From contig OZ374559.1 of assembly GCA_977862235.1 (NCBI GenBank), forward strand, positions 2,604,001 to 2,668,000: a DNA stretch of 64,000 nucleotides, written 5' to 3'. The DNA is from Dudresnaya verticillata. Taxonomy: Eukaryota. The position numbers and the translations under genes were made by a program. Shown here one piece after another: positions 46,401 through 58,275 of this stretch. Under the pieces are notes generated by a model. The model saw only the letters and a list, made by a program, of their open reading frames with translations, ran no database searches and was not told the DNA's origin. The stretch's first letter is position 1. Every line of letters starts with the position of its first letter.

Positions 46401-46670
46401 AATACGTCATCAGTTCGTGATGCAATCCACCTCTCTATAATGGAGATGCTTTGGAGATCCAGCACTCACTTCCATCGGGTGGTATTGGATGAAAATGACG
46501 TTAAGGATCGTGACGAGGCTCAGAAGAGAGATGATTTCTCATTTCATGATAGTGCTCCCCATGGAGCAAACTCATTGGTTCACCGCGGAATTCCTCGCGT
46601 AATGGACAATCGAAGGGTGAGTAGAAATCTCCTACCTGAAATAGATTTGTTCCGGAGAGCTGCAATATGA
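43414..46670 (+). pseudogene. Large hypothetical cargo gene (two overlapping ORFs, probable frameshift near 45105) with C-terminal SF2/SNF2-like motif remnants
   Basis: 584-aa and 521-aa ORFs overlap at a T run; HFVICTPEAI and FHRVVLDE motifs. Confidence 0.55.
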
Positions 46671-46904
46671 GAGATGCAAGACCACAAGTTTGTCTATGCA
46701 TCGACAAGCTTGTGATCTTTCAGCTCCATGGTTCCTATTGGATCGAGGGCTTCATTTACCATCCGAAGCTGCAGTTTGGTTCTTTTCAAGAGTCCCTCGC
46801 TGGTTAATGTGTTGTGAATTAAATTCTCTAGTATAGGTAAAGTCTCCATTACCCTTCTATTTTCTTTTCAACGACTTCAGCTCGAGCTGCTTGCAATATA
46901 GGTA

Positions 46905-49900
46905 TCACCCTTGATGTGGTGGATAGCCCTTCTCTCGATCTAAAAGTCTAAATCTCGCTTCTAAAATGTGCTCCGGGTGCAGAACTGAACTACCATTTTC
47001 ATTTAGAACACAAGATGAAGTGCAGCTGTGTAAAACACCTACTCTTCGAGTACTACTGTCCAAGATTAGAACTGAAGGCCCTTTCTGGGGCTGACTCACA
47101 GAACATTCGTCTTGATTATGCACTACACGTATTGAGGCCTGCTCCAGTGCTTTTTCTTGTTCATTGTCCTGTTTACACGGAAGCACAAGTACACCTGCTC
47201 CATTGCCGCTGAATTGATCTCGATACAACGATTGTTGTCCTCCCTGTCCCCTATGTTCGAAGACCTGCACAACGTACCAATACGAGATCTCCTCAACGAT
47301 TTCAATACTGGAATTGTGGAGATACTGGCTGGAGAGTGTCGTTACAAACGGCCAGGATACTTTCCATCGGAATGCTTCATGCTTCAATTCCAGTGTCTGA
47401 ATGATGTCTCCGATGTAAATATCATATGAAGCAGGAAATCGATAAGAAGACAATCCAGTAAGTACAGCTCTGTCGGCCAAAGAAGAGATCGAATTCGGAT
47501 AAAGGGCTCGGAGGGTTTCTAGACCTTTTCGCCGAGCCGTAGAGAAGATGATGCGCCATTGTACGTCTGAAGCATCGTCAGATGTTCCCTTAATTCCCTC
47601 GAGGGAACTGCCCGTGGGGATTGACTGGTCAGTGGGGATTGACTGACCAGTCAATCCCCACGGGCAGTTCACAGTCTCTCCTGAACTTCTTTTCTGGGAG
47701 TGGGAAGTCGCTGTAATTCTCCAGCGATTGGTCTTCTCTTCACTTGCAGGGTGGATATTTATTACTGATCGTCCTTCTTCAGCCAAAAACTTGTCCACAG
47801 TTCCAATGGGGCCGAGTGCGTTCTTCAGAATTAGAATGTCATCCTTCTTCACTTTTCCCTTCCTATCAGCGTAGTATTCCGTTCCGAACAAGAGCCGAGT
47901 AAGGCTGAGAAAATACTTTTCTTCATCATCACGTTTATGAATTTTTTGCGACTCCCTCAACTCACTCACAAGGATGTTCAGCCTTCCTTGCCAATCGTTT
48001 ACTGCTGCAGCTGTCACGGCGTTTAGCTGCGGATTCGTGTTCTTAGATCTGGTAATTGTTCTTTTGAGGGCTTGGTGGGCTTTTTCACAAACCAGCTCGG
48101 AGACTCTGCGTATGTGACCGATATTTGGAAGGAGACTCATGCCGAGTTCCCTCAAACGATGTGCATTTGGGCGATCCAGTTGCGACCTGAGCTTTGATGC
48201 ATCTTCCCACCGTCTTTGAAGTATTGCACGGCGTTTAAACGCTTCTCTATCCCAGGAATGTTTTGTCCCGAGACGCCTTGACCATAATGCCCGCAGCTCA
48301 GCAACTTCCTCAGGAGGAAAGCACCAAATATCATTTGCATCTTCAAGATGCTTATTTATACTCCTCTGAGTTTTTTTCCAGGTTGTGCTGTCCGTAGTTT
48401 TCGTTGAACTGGGAAACCACTTTCGTTCCGTCGATTTCTGTTTTAGGCCAATACCACAGGTCAGAAACAATTCTTGAGAATGAACCGACAAGGGCGATTG
48501 CACCCAGGCATTTTTCGGACGGTATTGCGGCGCTTCTTTGCTGGGGATTGGTACCAGGGCTACAAGATGTAACTTCAACTGCCCTTAAAAACGCGTGTTC
48601 AGATACGAAAAGCAGCACATAAACCTCCGATAATGTCATCGAAAAGAGCTGCACTGCTCTCATATCAACGACTCGATTCTGTGTTGGGAGTCGAAGGTCT
48701 CGCATTGCTGAAACTGCAAACTTATCGAAAAGGCGCCGGTGGTGTGGTGTAGGCAAAACTTGCAACACCGCATTGATGCAGTCCTTCGCGTGTCCTGTTA
48801 GTAAAAGGTCCGGACCAATTAACAAACAAGCGTATGGGTCAAGGACACCAGGAACAACTGGCAAACCATGTAAAGGTTTTGGAATGGACGCTTGACATTC
48901 TTGGAAAGCTCTCGCCATGTCATGCAATACACAGCGGCCTTCCGCCCCGTTTTGCTTCATTCCCAGCGTCCTTAAAATCTCGTCATCAACCCCGCTTTTG
49001 CGTACCGAATCATGGCGGGACATATCCCTCCGCGACCCTTCCTGGCTCCCGTCCACATCCGAGTGCAGATGCCTGCAATTGACCGACATGTTCCACTTCC
49101 TAATTGTCACGTTCTGTATTTCTGCTCGTGTGAAGGTGCACATATGACAACAGGCATTTGCCGTATGTCCCAAAACATCAATGGCGGCATTTAGAGCAGG
49201 TGTGTCTCCAATACATCCTACAAGGTCTAGGAATATCTTGATGGCGTGTCCATCCGCATCATAGTCGTCGAAGCCTTCCGTCATTCCTTTCATGATATCT
49301 TCCTTTAACACCGAGAACACGACGTCAAAAACCATCCCAGGCGGTGTGAAACTTAAAACTCGCACAGATAAAGAACTGGATCGCTTCTGCGGCGGTAGGT
49401 TCAGACAAACCATATAGATACCATCCCCAGAACCGCTCCTCCCCTCCGGTATTCTGAACCCATCCCAAAAAAGGAGAAACTTGTAGACGAAATACTGTTT
49501 CCCATCTTCCAGTAATCCTCTACAAGGGACTTTTCGAGAACTTGACGATCCACGAAGCCCCTCTCTGACCTGCATAAGCCGTATCTCCGCAATCCCGTAC
49601 AGCTCTTGAGCTGTATCTCTGTTGTCATTTTCTGTATCAAAGATACTCACACATGCCTTCGTAAGGTCCTCGACAGTTTCAAATGGCATGTTCTGCACCG
49701 ATTTAACACAGAAGAATGACCTCGATGTTTCGGTAGGCTTTGTAAGAAACATGTGTACAATGATGATATGAAACACTTCATTACTGCAACGGCTGTTTCT
49801 TTTGCCACGAACTAATGTCAGGGTATCCCCCGTCCTACAGATGCCTCCTCCAATCTCATACTCGCCAATTGGTACATGCAGAATCTCAGCCATGGATTTC

Positions 49901-51306
49901 TCGACCTCGGTAAGTGCGTTAATTTCTTGCAATTGCGATATGCCAGTCACCGTGGATCTCCAAATTGCTCTAATCTCACCAGCAAGCACAGAGCGGTTCT
50001 TGTAATCTAGGTCTTCTCGTTGATAGATGAATTGCTCCAGAACTGTTTGCTTCACCCCGCCTGCACTGAAGCATACCACTTGAATTATATCCCCGACTTC
50101 TGCCCTGTACTGCGGCCCCTTGCATGGAATTGATCCCGCCTTGTGGAAAGCATCAACCTCGATGCATCTTAAATGGCCATAGAATCGGCTCCTGTTGGCA
50201 ATAAGGGGCCAATCGTCAACACAATCCCATGCCTTTATGCGAGGAGTCGTGGTCGCATCTGCAGCAGCTGTCGAACACATGTGTCGAAAAACTGGTCCGA
50301 AGCTCACATCCATTCTTGCGTACTCACTCACAGGAATTATCCGTACCAGTGAGGCGCCTCTACTACGCACAACAAGGGAGGATGGTACACCAGGACTGCG
50401 TGTGTTGACATCGTGCAGCTCTTCGACGGCCTTCGCTATCAGGTTTTCTTTCACGAAGCTAACAAAGTTCTTTTTGATCGTTGAGTAGGACGGCATGACT
50501 CGAGACATTTTCAAACTTTCATCGTAACCAAATTCAGATTGAAGTGCAATAGCTGGAGAGGATGTACCTTCTTTCTGCGATCTCTTCCACGGGGTAACCG
50601 CTGTTGAGTTGAAAAAGGTGCATAAATGAGAGAGTATGTTGTAATGTGACCTAGACATGGCCACGCTACCAGTAACGAGTAGGAAGGAGAGAAGTGTTTG
50701 CCACCTCAAGAGCGGAAAATATGAATTGGACAACCCGACTTCTGTTGATGGCCCGCCTAATACATTTCTGGCATCTCCTGGGATGGATTCCACAGTATCG
50801 TCGATATCTGTATTATATATATCGAGCTGTCTCTCTTCGACATCACTGTCGTTCTCAACACTTCCAATCTGCCCCACCCGTTCATCAAAGTGACCTTCAG
50901 GGTGCATCGATTCTGAAAACGGAAAATCTCCTTCGGGGATAGCCTCATGTTCATCATCAATCGACGAATTAGCTCCAGGATTATCAAAGTCGAACATGCC
51001 AGATTTGCCCCGGTGGTGAGTTTCATGCGATGAACTTCCGTCTGGTTCCAGTCCCAGTCCGCTAACCAATAACTGTCCTTGAGGCGCGGTGGCTCTTGTC
51101 ACTTCATTTCCATCGTCGGTGGCTCTCAGCTCCGGTAGCGCACGGACTCCATTGGGCATAGGATGATTGTCAGGTACAGCAAGACCAGTCTGTATTTGTC
51201 GCCTATGTGGCTGAATCACAGTCTTCGTATTGTACAGGCGGCCTTTGAAACTTCTTCTGTTCCACCCTCTGCGGTCTCTCTTCTTCATTACTTTCCTGAT
51301 ATACAC
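46905..51306 (-). CDS. CMC/EnSpm(TnpD)/Plavaka-like DDE transposase, split by a 1-nt frameshift in an A7 run near 48375
   Basis: LLFWDGF...SGDGIYMVCLNLPPQKR...TPPG, IGDTPALNAAIDVLGHTANACCHMC, PDLLLTG..K in ORF 48352-51306; PNAHRLREL...GHI...SELVCEKAHQALK in ORF 46905-48578. Confidence 0.8.
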
Positions 51307-51709
51307 AAGCGTTTCTGTACTTCTTCTGTACTTGTCAGCTCGGGTTAGAGGGAGCTGCGTTTCATACTTCAGTATTCATGATTTGCGGAGATCAGGTACC
51401 AAGACATTCCAAAACCGCAAACCGGCATCTCCCTTGACCTGCGTAGTACACGATTTCATTCTAATTTGAATTGGTTATACCCTAGCGAGTATAACGGAGC
51501 TCCGTGGAGCTTTTGTAGAAATACGAATATATTTCCCTCCATAATTAGTGGTGGGCTGGCGATTCCGAACACGACGAATCCGTACTCGGATTCGCCAGCT
51601 GGCGAGACCTGTACATGTATCCTGGTCCATGACCACACGTTTCGAGGCATACACTCCCTTGCGCATGTGGGTGCCCCCGATCTGAACGTGCGCGAAAAGC
51701 ACATTACGA

Positions 51710-53662
51710 GTGCATGGCTTCGAAGACAGGATCGCTTCCGAAGAGGCCTCACGAAGGTATCACGACCGTTTCGAGTGCTCCGCAAAAGGGCGCGGCTCAG
51801 AACGCCCCAATATCTCACTACAGTTCTCCACTCGCGTGGCAAAACTCCAAATCGCCGTACGTTCACTGAGGTTCTCAAAACCTTCATTTCAGTGGAAGTC
51901 GACGAACGTTGAGAGCTGTATACAAGCGGTGCTTGTGAAAATAGCACACATTTGTGTGTGGATCATGACCACCGGAAATGGAATCACTGCAGATCCCGAC
52001 CGAACCGGGCTAATACTGGTAGAAGAGAGATCTAGTCCTCGTCATAGGGGAAATTCAGTAACACAGGGGCAGATGCATGGCGGGGGTTGCTTGCAGTCTA
52101 GTGCTGACAGAGATGATTTGGATGGCTGTCACATGCGCGGATCGCCGCGGCAAAGTTCACGGAAGCGTGCATCCGGGGAACAAGTCGAGGCTGGACTTGG
52201 AACCAGTGTCGCAGTGCCAAGGCCGGGATCTTTCATAGAGGTTTCATGGCTTCTCGTCGAAGGAGACACAGACTCCTCATGTGATGAAGATGACAAAGAT
52301 TGGATTCAGTCGAAGGCCACAGCAATCAATGACGCACCTGAGCATGGCTCATCAGCTCAACGGTCTTGGTGGCCTGCCCTAGTTGATGAAGGAAATATGC
52401 CATACACCCGAAATCTGACATACACCACATCTCCTTCAGCATGTGGTGAACATGATCTTGAAGATTACGTTTACCGCGATGTGTTCTTCTTCGGAAACCA
52501 GAACTTGCGAAATGGGCCTGGGCAACACTACGGGATGGTCGCAGTATGGCGCGAGTGTCGATGGGAGCCGGTGCCAACAGAAGACTCTGAGGTTCACGGA
52601 AGTGCCGCCAGCTTAGGAACGCGTGAAATTCGAGCTGCTCTCGAAACGCTTTCGATGAAAGTTGTGAAGCTGGAATCGTCTATGTTAGGAATGAAGCAAG
52701 TACTTGCCGGCTTGGCTACGTTGGACTCCCCTCATTTTCTTAATCGTGTCCGAGCAGAGGTTACATCTCGTATGTTCGGTTTTGTTCGTACTTTCTTTGT
52801 GAGCAGTATGGTCAAGCGCACTCAGCAGAATTCAAGAAAAACCGTACAGGTAACCGAAGGCTCAGCGGTAACCCATTGCGTGGTCAGGACAAAAGGTACT
52901 CTTTGTACAATGGAAGACTTTCTTGAGATCACGTCCTTCATAAGATCAAGACGTGGAGACAGATTAACTGTGAGGCCTTCTGTATTCGACTCCATATTTG
53001 TCAACATGCGTACAAGAAAGAAGATTACAGTTGTTTTCGACTCTCTAGCCGATCTGTGTAACATATTGGAAGTTGATGATCATCTCAGGGAAATTATGCA
53101 ACTGCAGTTGCCTGAAATGCGTGCATTTGGAGCATCGCAGCAACACAGTGTTGATCCACTTCACATTACTGGTTGCTCCTTTCTAGAACACAAATCTGTA
53201 GTCGGATCGTCAAGAGAATGCGCGCTTTTGGTACTTCCAGGAAGAGGGCACAAGAGTTTGTGCAGGTCCGACCTCATGGAAATTCCCATTCTGTACCGGC
53301 CGTTCTCTAAGTGGAATGGGAGAGAGCTCCGGTTTGAAAAGAATTTTGAATACAGGTCTGTTTCACCTGCTTGGGTGAAGGAGACGGTGCTAAAATGCCT
53401 TCAAAAAGCAGGCTTCGAATCAGCGACAAGCCTAGATGCAACCCTTCCGATGTGTTCTGCTATAACAGACCAGCAAGAGATCCGTTTGGAATGGGATAAA
53501 GTCCCAAATCAGAGCTACAGCTCTGCCTCTCCACATTTAGGTACTAGAGACATCATGGGATACATTGTGTGTTGCGTTCCGCGAACGACAATCCGATGTG
53601 AGAAGACAATTCAGTGCCTTCGGAAGCTCTTATCCAACACCGACAAGTTATTTCTAATTTGA
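51710..53662 (+). CDS. Hypothetical cargo protein with possible Tudor/PWWP-like domain and coiled coil (likely start near 51965)
   Basis: 650-aa ORF; PRPGSFIEVSW...SWWPALV, followed by IRAALETLSMKVVKLESSM. Confidence 0.6.
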   Translation: MHGFEDRIASEEASRRYHDRFECSAKGRGSERPNISLQFSTRVAKLQIAVRSLRFSKPSFQWKSTNVESCIQAVLVKIAHICVWIMTTGNGITADPDRTGLILVEERSSPRHRGNSVTQGQMHGGGCLQSSADRDDLDGCHMRGSPRQSSRKRASGEQVEAGLGTSVAVPRPGSFIEVSWLLVEGDTDSSCDEDDKDWIQSKATAINDAPEHGSSAQRSWWPALVDEGNMPYTRNLTYTTSPSACGEHDLEDYVYRDVFFFGNQNLRNGPGQHYGMVAVWRECRWEPVPTEDSEVHGSAASLGTREIRAALETLSMKVVKLESSMLGMKQVLAGLATLDSPHFLNRVRAEVTSRMFGFVRTFFVSSMVKRTQQNSRKTVQVTEGSAVTHCVVRTKGTLCTMEDFLEITSFIRSRRGDRLTVRPSVFDSIFVNMRTRKKITVVFDSLADLCNILEVDDHLREIMQLQLPEMRAFGASQQHSVDPLHITGCSFLEHKSVVGSSRECALLVLPGRGHKSLCRSDLMEIPILYRPFSKWNGRELRFEKNFEYRSVSPAWVKETVLKCLQKAGFESATSLDATLPMCSAITDQQEIRLEWDKVPNQSYSSASPHLGTRDIMGYIVCCVPRTTIRCEKTIQCLRKLLSNTDKLFLI

Positions 53663-53724
53663 AAGAGCTATACTGTACCCTGTTTACTTTCATGTTCAAC
53701 ATCTTTAACATCGAGGTTTGGATC

Positions 53725-55821
53725 CTAAATGTTTGGCTCGTCATCAAACTCAGAGTCGCTGAGATTAACATCGCTTGAATTTTGGTCAGTGTCGGCTCCG
53801 CCTTGGCAACGGCTTTGAAATAGCTGTTCCCTCCTCTTGTTCTCTTCTGCCAATTTCTTCTTCTCCAAGTGTTCATTGTGCTCTTTCCGGGAGATCTTAA
53901 ATCGTTCTTTCAGCTTCCTTCTCAATACTGAAGGGTCTAGAATTAACAACCCGGCATGTGATTCCTCCTCTATCTCCGGGAGATTTCCACTATCGCGATT
54001 GTCGCTACGCGTATTGCGTCTTTCCGCTGCAACATGCAACACAATGTCTCCCATCAAGCTATACTCCACGTTCGTCAATGGATCTCCCAGAGTCTTCTGT
54101 ACGACACCACGAAATGCCAAGGCAATTTCATGCAGCATGAGGAATGAGGAGGGGCTGGATCTAAGCACGGAGGCATGGCTTTCCGCTCTGCAAGCTTCAA
54201 TTAAAAAGCGCAGGGCGACAACATGAAGGGACACATATTCGAGCTTCGTCCAAGTGTCTTCTACGCTGCTATCAGCATTGCATCGGCTCGAATTCCTCTT
54301 CTGCTTCTTGGGGCTATCTTCCTGGAACGTGACTTGGTACCAGACCGTACAGGTCAAAGACGGGAAGCTTTCCTTCATGCTTTCGAAAGCAGCCTCGTTT
54401 TCTTCGTCAATCTTCGCCAATGTCGCCTCATTATCACCTGCTTTGCTTGCAATTGCCTTTCCCACAGCTTCCCGCATATTTATCTCCGACCACATCATCT
54501 CCTTCTCCTTTTCGCTATATGAAGGTATGCTGATGCCGTAGTCTTGGTTTACTTCACACTTGTTCAGCGCAAGGTATTGCAAAATAAACCCGAACGTCTT
54601 GAATACACATTTTAGTGAATGTAGACGGCCGGAAGACAGGGTGTATGCGACTTGCGTTCGCCCTGTTCGAACAGCAGCAGAGAAATTCCTTCTGTCAGAA
54701 CAATACGCTGTCGTTTTGTCGTCATTTCGGTCAAGTACCACAGCTCCCAATCCATCCTCATCCCTGATTCTGCATCCAACTTTCGCTACTTCCACATCAT
54801 TGAATACCTCGTCCACATGACGACCAATCGCCCTCTTCTCAGCCGCTCTCACTTTGCTTTGCTGAGAGCGGCTCAGTTCGTTCCACAGCTCAATGTACTG
54901 AGAAGGGCTCAAAGTATCGGACAGCTTCGGCTCTACGTTGGGATGTCTGCAACCAAGTGAGATGTTGTTCTCCGTGCTTCGAGCAGTCTCCAGGAAGAAG
55001 ATGTATAGCCATGTAGGTATGGTGGGGGAGGAAGAGGTGAGACCATCACCTGTAGTGTTCCTGGTCGTGAACAAATTTCCGACTCGCGCAGACCAAAGCA
55101 ACTTCAGCACAGCCTCACGTTGAATAGAGCTGTGTGCCCTTCCAAGACGTGTACTAAAAAACGTCTTCCTGCTAAACTTTTTCTTCGCAGTGAGGTAGGC
55201 AGCCAGAGCGCTGCAGCCATCTTCTCTCTGTTGTTGATCAGTATCAATACGAAGCTCGCACCGTGGCCAAGAAGATGAAGAAAGGTTTGACAAAAACCTC
55301 TTCGTCAGGGTTTGTAGTAAAGACCAGGTCTGCCTACCTCTTGAGAGAATGAGCCCCATTTCAGCATCTATGTCCCCACCCTCTTCATCATTCTCTTCCC
55401 TTGAAACTACCTTGCGACTATGGAGGGATTTCGCGAAGTTTGGTGGGGTATCCTTCACCACTTGCTTCATGCTTGAGAGAATATCGTGTTTGAAACACTG
55501 CAGCTCTTCTTTGTTGGCCCTGACGATCTCTTCCATTTGCTGTCTCATTATTGACAAGAACTGTAGTTCGGTGTGTCCCATTCCAGAAAAGCTGTGAACA
55601 AGAGCAGCTTCTGAGCTTGCCCCAGGACCTGTTCTCGCAGCATCACTGGGTCTTGAGGCATGTATGGACCTTTCTTGACACCCGGAAAATGTCGCAGATT
55701 GTTCATGGGGTGTAGAATCTGGCGGTTGGGCTTCTGGACGATCGTCCAGATGACTACCCACCGAGACACGAAACTGTGACTCCGGGATATCCGGAACGTG
55801 ATTGACGGCCGGCGCGTTCAT
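53725..55821 (-). CDS. Hypothetical cargo protein, 698 aa
   Basis: Long intact ATG-initiated ORF convergent with 51710-53662; charged C-terminal tail; no family recognised. Confidence 0.65.
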   Translation of the reverse strand: MNAPAVNHVPDIPESQFRVSVGSHLDDRPEAQPPDSTPHEQSATFSGCQERSIHASRPSDAARTGPGASSEAALVHSFSGMGHTELQFLSIMRQQMEEIVRANKEELQCFKHDILSSMKQVVKDTPPNFAKSLHSRKVVSREENDEEGGDIDAEMGLILSRGRQTWSLLQTLTKRFLSNLSSSSWPRCELRIDTDQQQREDGCSALAAYLTAKKKFSRKTFFSTRLGRAHSSIQREAVLKLLWSARVGNLFTTRNTTGDGLTSSSPTIPTWLYIFFLETARSTENNISLGCRHPNVEPKLSDTLSPSQYIELWNELSRSQQSKVRAAEKRAIGRHVDEVFNDVEVAKVGCRIRDEDGLGAVVLDRNDDKTTAYCSDRRNFSAAVRTGRTQVAYTLSSGRLHSLKCVFKTFGFILQYLALNKCEVNQDYGISIPSYSEKEKEMMWSEINMREAVGKAIASKAGDNEATLAKIDEENEAAFESMKESFPSLTCTVWYQVTFQEDSPKKQKRNSSRCNADSSVEDTWTKLEYVSLHVVALRFLIEACRAESHASVLRSSPSSFLMLHEIALAFRGVVQKTLGDPLTNVEYSLMGDIVLHVAAERRNTRSDNRDSGNLPEIEEESHAGLLILDPSVLRRKLKERFKISRKEHNEHLEKKKLAEENKRREQLFQSRCQGGADTDQNSSDVNLSDSEFDDEPNI

Positions 55822-57654
55822 TTGAAATTGGATAAACGGAATTAAGTAGACCGGTGCGAGATGTAGACCTGATTTCTCGGTACGGCTGCAACCGTGAACC
55901 TTTCATAAACTGGAAGCTTGACGTAAGTAGATGATGAGTTTTCCCGTGCAGTTGCAAACATCTTAAGATGAAATGTAATCAGCTCACCGGCCGTTCAGAG
56001 TATATATACTCTGATGTGTACATCTGCACCTGTTTAATGGGCGCGCCCCCCGAATTCTACCTCGTCATAACCCCTCCGAAGAGATGCACTCGGTTGCACA
56101 CAGTTTCGGTCGAGCGTTACACTTCACGGGAACAGACCTGTTCACGACATTCTGCAGCTCCATTATCATTCCAGTAAGATACATAAGAATATTGTCCAAC
56201 ATTTCCAGAGTAATTTTACATGTTTTCTAGAAACGTCAAGATCAGTTCGGAGACATTTTGGAGCTGTACAATGCATATGTTAGGGTTTTGGGACTCAGGG
56301 CGCCTTATTTTGAAACGGTGTCATCTTTTGGCGATGGAAGCAGAACTGCGCGCAACGTGTTTGTTTGCTGTGGGATGTACCCTGTCGAGTGTTTACAGGT
56401 CATTATCAGTATGTCGCGATATCCTGATAGTGATTGCGATATCGGTAGCCCCCGACCTTTGATTGGGCGCTGGCATCTCGCTTGGGCTCATTCCTCGTGC
56501 AGATCTTGGGTCACCCAGCGAGCTCGAGCTGCAGAAAACACGCTTGCGGGTGCGATGCTTTCAGCAAGAGCGAAGAACAGGGTCCATATCCGAGGGGATT
56601 CAATTCTCTTTACGTCACTGGCTGTAACGCGATGCCCGTTCTTCGATAAGCTAAAAGCATTGGACCGGGCCGAGCGGAAGGGGCAGTACCGGTACTCCGG
56701 TCGACGGGAGCGCTTTCGTCTTCTGTCCCGCCAAAAAGCGAATGATTGCCACTTCCTTCGGAATGAATCCTGCACAGAACGGGTATAAAGTTTCTGCGCA
56801 GGATCCATTTGGGGCTCTAGTGACCGTGCTAGGAAAGATACCCCCAACATGTTTCACTATTTCGTTCTTTCCAGGTTCACCGCCGCTAAAGTTCCAGCCG
56901 TCCTACCTCCACCGCTACCTTCACATCCTGCCAACCTTCATGCCTCTCTCCGCTTCCATCAAGAAGATCAAGAACCATCGTTTCCGGACCCACAGCGACC
57001 AGCCGGAGCACATTCGCAGGTCTCATATGGTCCGGGCAAGCACAAGGTTGTCTCTTCAGACCCATTTATAGTCGCGGGCAAGTACCAGGTAAGTCACAAA
57101 ACCGGCAAGAGATGTCGCGAACGGTCAAGGAGTGTGTTCGCGTACAGAAGCCAGCAGAACTCCATTCAAAAGGACAAGGTCGTACCCTGTCGACAGGAAT
57201 CATTTCGGAAACAGCTCCGAATGTATCTCTCTAACCGAGCTGCACTTTACAAAGGTAAGTACAAACTCACTGCTTTATTCATTTAAGGTGTTTCACTGGA
57301 AGGTAACTCTAACCCGAATAACTCTCTATTTCCGATGTCGATTTTACTCCGCTTATGTTAAGGAGTCACGGATTGCAACTTGCGAGGAGATATCTCTGTT
57401 CGACTTAGACTAATTCGTTTACATCATTCCTAGGTAGACTCATTATCTACAGCTGTAGCTGCAAAAGCTTCAGTTGATTGTTAATTATCTTCCTCTCGCA
57501 AGGGTAGCTATAGCCCTACTGGGAATGCAAATAAAGGATAATGTTCGTGCATACGCACGTAAGTGTTGTCCTATGCGATGTATTGCCTGTTTGCAGGTAG
57601 TACCGTGTTAGCATGTTGTAGGTGCGCACAGACCTCGCCACGCCGCGGCCCCGA

Positions 57655-58275
57655 TCGGTGCGCATGACTCCGAAAGGTATGCGGACGTGGGTGTTCGGTG
57701 TCGGCGCGCGGGTGGACGAAAGGTGTGTTGGTAAAGGTCTCAGCTTTTCGGTGCGCATAACTCCGAAAGCTATGCGGACGTGGGTGTTCGGTGTCGGCGC
57801 GCGGGTGGACGGAAGGTGTGTTGGTAAAGGTCTCAGCTTGTCGGTGCGCATGAGGGAGAAGGGTGAACGGCCGTGGGTGTTCGGTGTTCGGCGCGCGGGT
57901 GGACGGAAGGTGTGTTGATACAGATCTCAGCTCGTCCGTGCGCGTGAGGGCGCAGGGTGTGCGGGCGTGGGCTTTCGATGTTCGGCGCGCGGGTGGGTGG
58001 AAGATGTTTTGATACAGATCTCAGCTTGTCGGTGCGCATGAGGGCGCAGGATGTGCGGGCGTGGGTGTTCGGTGCTCGGCGCGCGGGTGGGCGGAAGATG
58101 TTTTGGTACAGATCTCAGCTCGTCTGTGCGCATGAGGGCGCAGGATGTGCGGGCGTGGGTGTTCGGTGCTCTGCGCGCGGGGTGGAAGGAGGATGTGTTG
58201 GTACATATCTCAGCTTTTCAGTGCGCATGACGCCGCAAGGTGTGCGGGCGTGGGTGTTCGGTGTTCGGCGCTCGG
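57655..58275. repeat. Subterminal tandem array, about 6.6 copies of a 93-95-bp unit
   Basis: Units start at 57655, 57748, 57841, 57935, 58029, 58123 and 58218 (tcggtgcgcatg...gtgggtgttcggtg.tcggcgcgcgggtgg...tctcagct). Confidence 0.93.

Noticed and set aside
57655..58275. Tandem array as a CRISPR array
   Set aside because: Whole units repeat with no unique spacers, no cas genes, and the context is eukaryotic.
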